This document shows positions 51,401 to 60,400 of a DNA stretch of 64,000 bases, piece by piece. This DNA comes from Sphyrna mokarran (lineage: Eukaryota), in assembly GCA_024679065.1 (NCBI GenBank), contig JAGIQG010000034.1, forward strand, positions 13,516,001 to 13,580,000. Reading direction: 5' to 3'. The notes beneath the pieces are model-generated. The model was given only the letters and a program-made list of their open reading frames with translations. It did no database searches and was not told where the DNA came from. Position 1 is the stretch's first letter. Each line of letters starts with the position of its first letter. Made by a program: the position numbers and the translations under genes.

Positions 51401-54400
51401 AGAGGAAATTTTCCCATGAAAATTGGATCCCATGAAGCAGGATCCAACAAATGAAAGAGCAATTGGATTGAACCATCCTGTGTCACTTTTTAATTAAGAT
51501 ACAGTCATTCTGGAATTCCTGTTTGTGTACAATCAGTAGCTTTATTACATTTTCAGTGTATATTACGGCAACACAACATCAGTATTCTACAGACAAAATA
51601 ACGCAAACGTACCTTTGCATTGTATAAACACACCTTTTAGTGGAAAGTCCATTTTGTTTCTAGTAACATCTGTATGCTTGTCAGTATAATTTTTATTCTC
51701 ATACTTTGTTTTGGTTGCCGCAGCCACTGTCTTCCCTGCTGAATGGACCTAACACTAAGTTGATTTTTCTTTACACTCTAGCTAGCACTACGTTCTGCAC
51801 CTCTCATTTCCTTTTCTCTGAACAGTACGCTTTGTCTGTATAGCATGTAAAAAGAACAATATTTTTCACTGTATCTCAATACATGCGACAATAATAAATC
51901 AAATCATAGATTGGTTTCCTTGTTCCTTATTTGGAATTAATGTTTACAGCACTGTCCTAATTCTCATTCCTCCATTCCACAAATCCGTAGTTCCTGGTTT
52001 TCCATACCAAGCAGCGGCCACCACTGCAGCTGCATTGAGAGGTGCCCTGAGGGGACGAGGTCGCGCAGTCTACAGTGCGTTCCGTGCAGCAGCGCCACCT
52101 GCCGCCATTCCAGCCTACGGAGGGTAAGCAGACTTGATCAGAAATTAATTAACCATCTTTTTGCACCGAGTTTCCAAATGTCACCAAATCTTCACCATAT
52201 CCCCAGTTAATCTGAACATTTTATACTGTCTGTTAATTTTACATTCTTATGCCACTCTTAACTAGTAGATAAAAGAACCCCAAATTTACCCTTACCCCAT
52301 CATTCTAGGTCACTGGGCAATCTGTGTTTTGCTCTGACTTGAGCTTTAGAGTCTAATGTACAAAATCGTGGGTATAGTGTAAAATTTACACAGTGGTGAT
52401 CAAACTAGTATATCACAGTGATACCTGCCAACTGCATCAATTTTTTTTTTGCATCTAACAATCTATGAATTAAGCAGAAAAAAAGACTAACAAAAGTTGC
52501 ATCTACCATATCCCGTTAAGTTCTTGGATTGCACAGTTGCAATCCAATAGCAATAGTAGCAATACGATGCTATTCCAACATTCATATAATTAAGAGAGTT
52601 AATATTATAGAATGATTCCGTGTGACTGGAGGATATGATGCATTGACTGTTATCTCTTTATTGAAATCTCATGAATTTTTTTTAATAATTATAACCGTGA
52701 ATCACAAGTCCCTAGTTCACTTTGAAGATTAATTTTCATAAATACCTGTGTTTTTACTTCAGTAATGCTAAGCCATCCAGGCAGTGTTTATTCTGAAACT
52801 GCTTTACGGATAGTATTGGTCCCACTTCCATGAGGAGTGAAAATAACACACTTCATTAAATTTGTACCTTAAACAGTGAGGTTTCTGCTCACTGTCATTG
52901 TCTTCTCCACTCACCATCTGTGACCATCCACACACACTCAGATCTGCCTACGATGTATGTGGCTACTGAACTTCCTCTGGGTCCCTTAAAGCCACTACTC
53001 TGGGAAGATTACTGGTTTATTTTTGATGAATTTTTAGTCCTGAAAATACATTTTTCATTTTTGTGTAACCAAAACAATGGATTTTCATAGAATCCCTACA
53101 GTGCAGAAGAAAGCCATTCAACCCATCGACTCTGTACCAACTCTGACAGACTATCTTAACCCAGACCATTTCCCCATTCTATCACCATAACCTTTCACAT
53201 TTACCTTGGCTAATCTCTCTAACCTACATATTTTGAGACACTAAGGGGTAATTTAGCACAGCCAATCCACTTAACCCACACATCTTTGGATTGTAGGAGG
53301 AAACCAAAGCACCTGGGTAAAACCTGAGAATATGCAAACTCCACACAGACAGTGACCCAAGGCTAGAATTGAACCAGGGTCCCTGGATTTGTGAGGCAGC
53401 AGTGCTAACCACAATGACACCTGTGCCACCATTTTAGGTGTAACAAATATGTAAGATATAAAAGTCCAATGCAACCTTCTTGTATCTTCACCTAACTGTA
53501 AAATGAGTAACCTTAAGAAAGAATATATTGCAAAACCTTATCACAATACATTTTTCTCACTGGCTAAAATAAGAGCAAATTTTACTTAATTTATTTGTAG
53601 ATTTGGAATTCTCTCTGCAAATTTTATCCTAAATGTTCTTCTAAGCTTAATTAAACAATTGATTGTGCAAATTTAATATCAAAAAAGATGCTGTTTTCCT
53701 ATGACTCATATACATTACACACCAGTTTTAAACAATTTGATGACTTGGAGCTGACGTCAATCTATTTTGCATTTCTTACCACTTGGTACATTCATGAACC
53801 TTCCTCTGGGACACACAACTTCAAATATTTGCAATTTGATCTGCACGCATCTGGCTGTGAAGCCAATTCTATAACATTATGTCAGAGGCTGTCAAGGTTT
53901 AGTGCTCTGGCAGATACTTTCCATTCCATTATCTTCATATTGATAAATAAAAGAGAAACAAATTTCGATGTTGCCACAAAGTGTTCATGCACAGGCCTGA
54001 GTGGAGTGAGTACTTTCTTCTGCAGTAGAACAGCATCTCTCTCTCACACTCACACATGCACATGCAGACACATATACACACACACAGACACACCTCCTGA
54101 GTTTGATTCCCAGCTTCAATCGCGTCTGTGTGGAGTCTGCATGTTCTCTCCATGTCTGCGTCGGTGTCCTAAGTGCACTGGACTGTGGCGACTAGGAGAA
54201 TTTCATGGTAACTTCATTGGCAATGTTAATGTAAATCTTACTTGTGAGTAATGAATTTAACTTTGCACGCACACACACTTCCTCCCCCACACACACCATC
54301 ATCTCCCATCCCTCTCTGCACACGTGCAAATACACAATCACACACACACACACACCCACATACACGTGACCATCCCGAGCTGCCTGCCTCTCTTGGTGTG

Positions 54401-57400
54401 AGCTTGTGGTTATTAAGGCAGGTAAGGAATGGAAATATGAAAAATGGCATTGTTCTCCAGGACTGATTGCATTACATAAATGAATCAGATACACTTCAGA
54501 GTTTTCTGTTTATTAAAAACTTTCCATTCCACTTTAAGATCCATTTAGCACAAGGATGTTTTAAAACATTCCTTAAGCCTGTTTGAGTTAAAGCATGTGG
54601 ATAATTTCTGTTGGCTAACATTGTTACTGATGGCTGAAAGGGAAGGTTTGTCTCAAATGAAACAGAAGCGTGTGGTTTAGTTTACAAAACTGCAGGGTGC
54701 TAAAAGCCAAAGCAGAGGGTCCTGAAGATGACAGCTTTAATTCTGAAAGAGCTGATTTCACTATTGTGCATTATCTGTCAAAGTGAATCATAAATTAATT
54801 ATTTGTGATAAACAATGCTTTTGAGAACACTGAGTGAATTTGCATTTAAAAAGAATGCCACCCCCTTCTGAAATGTTGGATTTACTTTATAGACAGTAAA
54901 CAGTTAAGAGTGTGAAGTTCCTGTGTCAGCTGCATTCCTCATTGTAAACATCCCAATCTTTCTAGACTGTCAGCCTAACACGTTGCGTGGAAAATGGGCA
55001 TAGAAATCCATTATCTGATTAAAGTTTCACTTCCTCTATTAGTTCTCTCTGTGATATAGGAGCAGGAGTAGACCATTCAGCCTTTCTGTCCTGCCTTCCT
55101 GTTCAAATAGGTCATGGCTGGTCTTTACTTCACCCCTCCCTCCGTCCCTCCTTTTTTTTGTTCCATATCCTTAGCTTTCTGTTGACTAAGGATATTAGTA
55201 TTTCAGTCAGCTCTGATTAAAGTTAATTCATTTTCTGTCCCCACCGAAGCTGCCTGACCTATTGGGTATTTCCAGTATTTTTAGTCCAGTGTCAATAGTA
55301 TTTCATTTTGTAAAACATAATTGTCTCAGACTTGGAAATTCCAATTGACCGAAAATCCATTCATTGCATTTTGAAAAAGCAATTTGCTCATTTCCTCAAA
55401 CATGTGAAAAGTGCTCCTAAATGTCCAAGCCCAATTTTAAATCTTAATCAGCAGACAAATCCTCTCTCTCTCTCTTTCTCTCTCTCTCTTCTCCCTACCC
55501 CACTGAATCCTTGTATTTGTTTTGATCAACTCAATTTGATCAACCAATAACTTTCACTCAAGGGAATGCAAAACAGATTTATAGGAACTATCCTCTTGAC
55601 ACAATCCTTGAGCTCTGGTTTGATTCTGATGAATGTATGCTGCAACCAGACCAAGGTCAGCCTGACCTTCATCAGGTATATTGCTGAAAAGTGAGTAGTT
55701 ACCCACATCTGACCAAGGTTCAGTACAATCATTCTCTTGCTTTTGAATTGCAGTCTCCAGAAGGTCAACGTTCCATTAGCCTTTTTGATTACTTTTGTTG
55801 GTGTCTGTTACTCAATGTTGCCAAGTTTGACAACAGCGTCTGATTCTCATTATGGACTGTAACAGTGGGGGAAGCAGGCACACAAGCAAAAACCACGTCA
55901 AAGAAACAGTTCTTGCTTCAATTTCATCCCGTTTCCTGACCAAGAGGGCTTGGCTATGATGCCCATCCCCTTTGAAATAGTCATCAGGAGTCTCACCAGC
56001 TGAAGAGTAACAGGATTGCCAGGTTATATTGTATAAATCTGCCACCCATCTTCTCCCTTTAATGTGTAACTGGGAGCATAGAAATGGCGACTCCCTCTAA
56101 AATAGTGATGATGCAATTGTTTCCTACTAAATAGATTTTAGTAATAAAGTCTCAAAATGATATGTTGATTATTTTGAAATAAAGGAAACACTTGCTTTCA
56201 AACTGTAAGCAGCTTTTGGTGGAAGTGGGTGCAGTCTATAGAGATATGACAAACCTTGCCTTTATTAGCCTCTGCATGTTGGAGTTGCAGTAATCTGAGT
56301 GTTTCTGTGTGCATCCCTGCAGTGTGGTTTACCAAGATGGATTTTATGGTGCCGATCTCTATGTAAGTATAGCCACTATTTTACACTGTCACCCTTCTGT
56401 TGATGAAGCCATTCTTTAAACCAATATGCTAATATTTTCTCCAGCTGTGTATTTAATCCCTCATCTGGTCAGTGTTAATTTCATAGTTAACTAGTCTCTT
56501 TGCCCATTTATGTAAATTTGACACAGCAGAGCTCTGTGGTGTCTCCTTTTACAATAGAAAAGCTTCCCCATGTGCCTTTGTTGTTATTTACAGTGTACAG
56601 TACTCTGAACATTCCAAGCTTTCGAAGGAAAGGAGTTTCTTTTGGGATATCATGCAAAAGCAATGATGTCAAAAAGTATTGAATAAAGCTGACCTTTGCT
56701 GCGCTGGTTCTTACCCTGCACCTGTGTTGTAAGGGAAACCTTTACAAAGCACTTGTTAAGGCTTGTAGTATTGCTTACCAAATCTTGTGTCCTTTGATTT
56801 TTTTTTAATTTTAAATTGAGCTGAAATGTTTGCTGAGGAATGCTGGTGTATGCTGTGTATATTTGACTTTGAAATCAAATCCATCACCTTTGATCTGTAA
56901 ATGGAAACTGGAGACAGTTGGCAAAAGAAATGTTGTGACAGGTGCTGAGAGTAAATTTTAACAAGTGTTCAATCATTTGAAATGCGTGTAGTTGTGCAGC
57001 CTGTGAATGTCTCTTGTTTTATAAATCTAGTCTAAAAGGTTCATCAGCATAAAGCATCCTCCAATAATAGAATGGCTTTATCCAAGGAGGGTCTCTTTTT
57101 TCAGTTGTTTCTTTTCCAGCCTCGTCGCCAATGTTCTTCCCTGTGTTTTGTTATAGAATAGTGTATCAGGAACCAGTGTATAGCAGTAAGTTACCGCAGG
57201 TATGATAGAAACGTGTGAAGAGACCAATCACACAGATTGTGGATTGCAGTGACAAATCCTACTAACAGCAAAGACTGCAGTTAGGGATGGGAGCAGGCAC
57301 CAAATGGAGACAAAAGCATTCCTGAAGTATGCACTAATTTCACCATGAGATAACACAAATGTGAAAGAAGAATCCCCGACTAATGACTATAATTGGTAGG

Positions 57401-60400
57401 TTTATAGTGAGAGTTCATGTGTCTATCGCCAACTCAACACATTTCACATTGAATCATTAAAGGAGCTGTATAGGGGGGAATGTCTCATCGTGTTGGTCCG
57501 ATTAAAGGTTAGTGTAATTACTGAGGATTCATCCAAGGAGCATGACTTTCATTTCATCTGTTTGGGTGGCATGGGATTCTGGATATCCAAGTTGAAAGAG
57601 TAGTGTTCTGCCGAAGCTCACCTCATTTAGTCAGTATGAATTGGAGATTATCAATTCTGTTTTATCTTTGCGGGGGGAGGGAGGGGGGAATCTTTCCATC
57701 CCCAGACCAAGAGGTTAGTGGGAAAGTGACTTATTTTCTTCCAGACTTGTAGAAAATCCAGTAGTGGCCTGTGCAGTTGGAACTATAGAAGAGGAGCCTA
57801 GAGTGATTCACCCATCAATCTTTTACACCTGTCTCAGCAATAAACGCACCTGGTTCCAGGTGTGAATGGCTGTTTAAATGTACTTTACCATCCAATATCA
57901 TTTTCAGTGGATGATAGGAGTGGAATATCAGGGTCTTGAACAGTCATAGAAAACAGAATTACAGTAGCCTTGTTTACAATGGAACTTGGAGGAAATCTTT
58001 AAAGACACATGTCTGTACTAAGAGAGATGAATGAGGTGATAAAAATTCTCCTTTCAAAAGAGTAGAAGCAATATCAGTGGGAAATGTGAAGCCCGCTTGC
58101 AGTACATTAATCATGCAACAGAGTGTAGATAAAACTTAATGGGATCCAGCATTGAATTCCAATGAACTAAGCGACTTCCATTCGCTCCCGCACATTGGGG
58201 TGTAAACACACCATCTTTTCCCATTAATTCATGTTTACATACATATGATGCGAAGTCAGTTCAGTGGCTAACTTCAGCTGATTATGCATTTCAAACAGTA
58301 TAAAAACTATTAAGCACTTACAATAAATATTTAAATGCACTTCAAGTGGAATTATTGCTTTCTGATCACTTAGCATGTGTAGGGAATGTTCAAAGCCATT
58401 AATATTCTGGTTTCGTGGCCATGTGATCCCCAAAATGTTAGTTTAAATTTCCAGAATCTGATGAGATAAAAACTGAATTTGGTTTATTGACATAGGGCAG
58501 TGATTCTGGTCATGACAGAGGCAGGGTTTAATTGTTACATATTTTAAGTTATCTATGTTACTTTCTTTAAAATTCCTTAATTCTACCTCATTTCATTTGG
58601 AAGTGGATTGCTCAGCCAGTCCATTCCACTGACATTGCACGGCCAAGACTAATATCACTCCCTGGTATTTGAATGGTGTGCTTTTCCCCACGTTTTCTTT
58701 CCTCTAGCAAGATACTGACTGTTTGTTAGGTAGGGTTTTGGCAAACTTTCAATCTCTGACCCAAGTGCTCTTTCTTTCTGTGTGAACCTAGGCAGTGAAT
58801 TTGGGGAAGTTATTCAGCTTTGGAGGGTACTTCCAATAACGCCCCAGATCCTGCTTTCTCTCTCGTGCACACGTGTAGCAGTGTCACTGCATAGTAGTCG
58901 CCCTCTATTAATATTCCCTCCCCAGACCATAGGTATTCTAGCAGTTTATAGTCGCCCAGTTACCACCCCACTCGATGGCCCCAATATAGCAGCAGATAGA
59001 GAATGAGGTTTGGTCTTGAATGATTTGTGTGATTTAGTTACACAGCAGGCAGTGCATTTATCCAGGGAGACCTTGAGGCACTGCACGCATACTAATTCTT
59101 CCTGTGGAATAGAAGCAGGTAATCTGGCACGTTTACTACTATATCTTTCTCTACCAAAGTAGTAAAAGTTGCTTAAATGAATACAACTGAGGTTGCCACA
59201 CAATCTCTCTTCTGTTCTAATCATCCACTGCAGTTAAAATCTATTGTGGAATATACTTTCCAGTGGAACTTGCCATTTGTAGGATTCAAGATAAATTAGC
59301 ATCTTTTGGAGAACATAATTGTACAGGTGAGAGGATTAATGTTGGATACAACTGTTTAATTTCTCCCCCACCACCCTTTTTATTTGCTGGTCAGTAATGA
59401 AATGTTGTGTTTTAAAAAATAATTCCCAGCAGGCAGCTGCTGCTTTAAGCAATCTTGGTTAGTATCTCAGCTCCCACCTCTAACTGCAGCAAGAACTTTT
59501 AATGTGGTTTGCTTGACGTGAACATTTAACCTCTTAGGTATGCGGGAGAGGCTGCAATGAGTGAATGGTGATTGTGAATGTTTATTACATTTTCATATAT
59601 ACATTTTCTATAATACTGAGAATCGTGGCTGCACGCTCTAGTAATCCAGGCTGTTTCCTTCACTCGGCTTGCCATAGCGAATAGGGCTGAGGGCTGTCCT
59701 CTGGAGAATGCTGGGACGCCCGGAGTTAGTCTGTGGATCATTTGGTTGGTGATTGCTAGTGCTGTAGATTCGGACATTCGCATGCTCCGATTCCTCCTGA
59801 TTGACAGATACCACAGCTTGATTGTTTAGAAAATAAAAACTCATTTGTATATGTACATTAAATGAATTTCCAAAACTGCATTTGTTTTAATATAATTAAC
59901 ATATTTGAGCTGCAGATGCAATTATTCATCAGATGAGTTTGCTGATGACAGTAAACAAATTCTGAGAAGGATTCAAATCTGTTTTAGATCTGCACATCTG
60001 TTGGAGAGTTCTTGTTCACTAAATTGCATTTTCTCCTCCATCCCAGTGGTCCGTTGGTAAAGCCACTTGTGCACTTTCTCATTGCACTGAGTTAGTTGAT
60101 ATCAGTTTGATTGACAATACATGAAAGATAAGAACATTAATAATAGGAGCTCATCAAGCCTGCTGTGCCATTCATAGTTAATCTGATTATGGTCTCAATT
60201 CCACTTTCCTGCTTGCCCCACACACCCCTCCCATAACCTTCAATTCCGTTCTAAATTAAAAATCTGTCTAATTTAGCCCTAATAGTCTCACTGTCCACTG
60301 GATTAGAGATTTCCGAGCATTATTTACCTACCGAGGGAAGAAATTCTTCTTCAGCTCCGTGTGAATTGAGAGTCCATTTATTTTGAAAATGTGTCTCGTA

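Noticed and set aside
58708-58729. 22-nt microexon candidate (cctctAG|caagat...ttag|GTAGGG)
   Set aside because: Good pyrimidine tract, but no recognisable homology or nearby motif support; too weak without RNA data.
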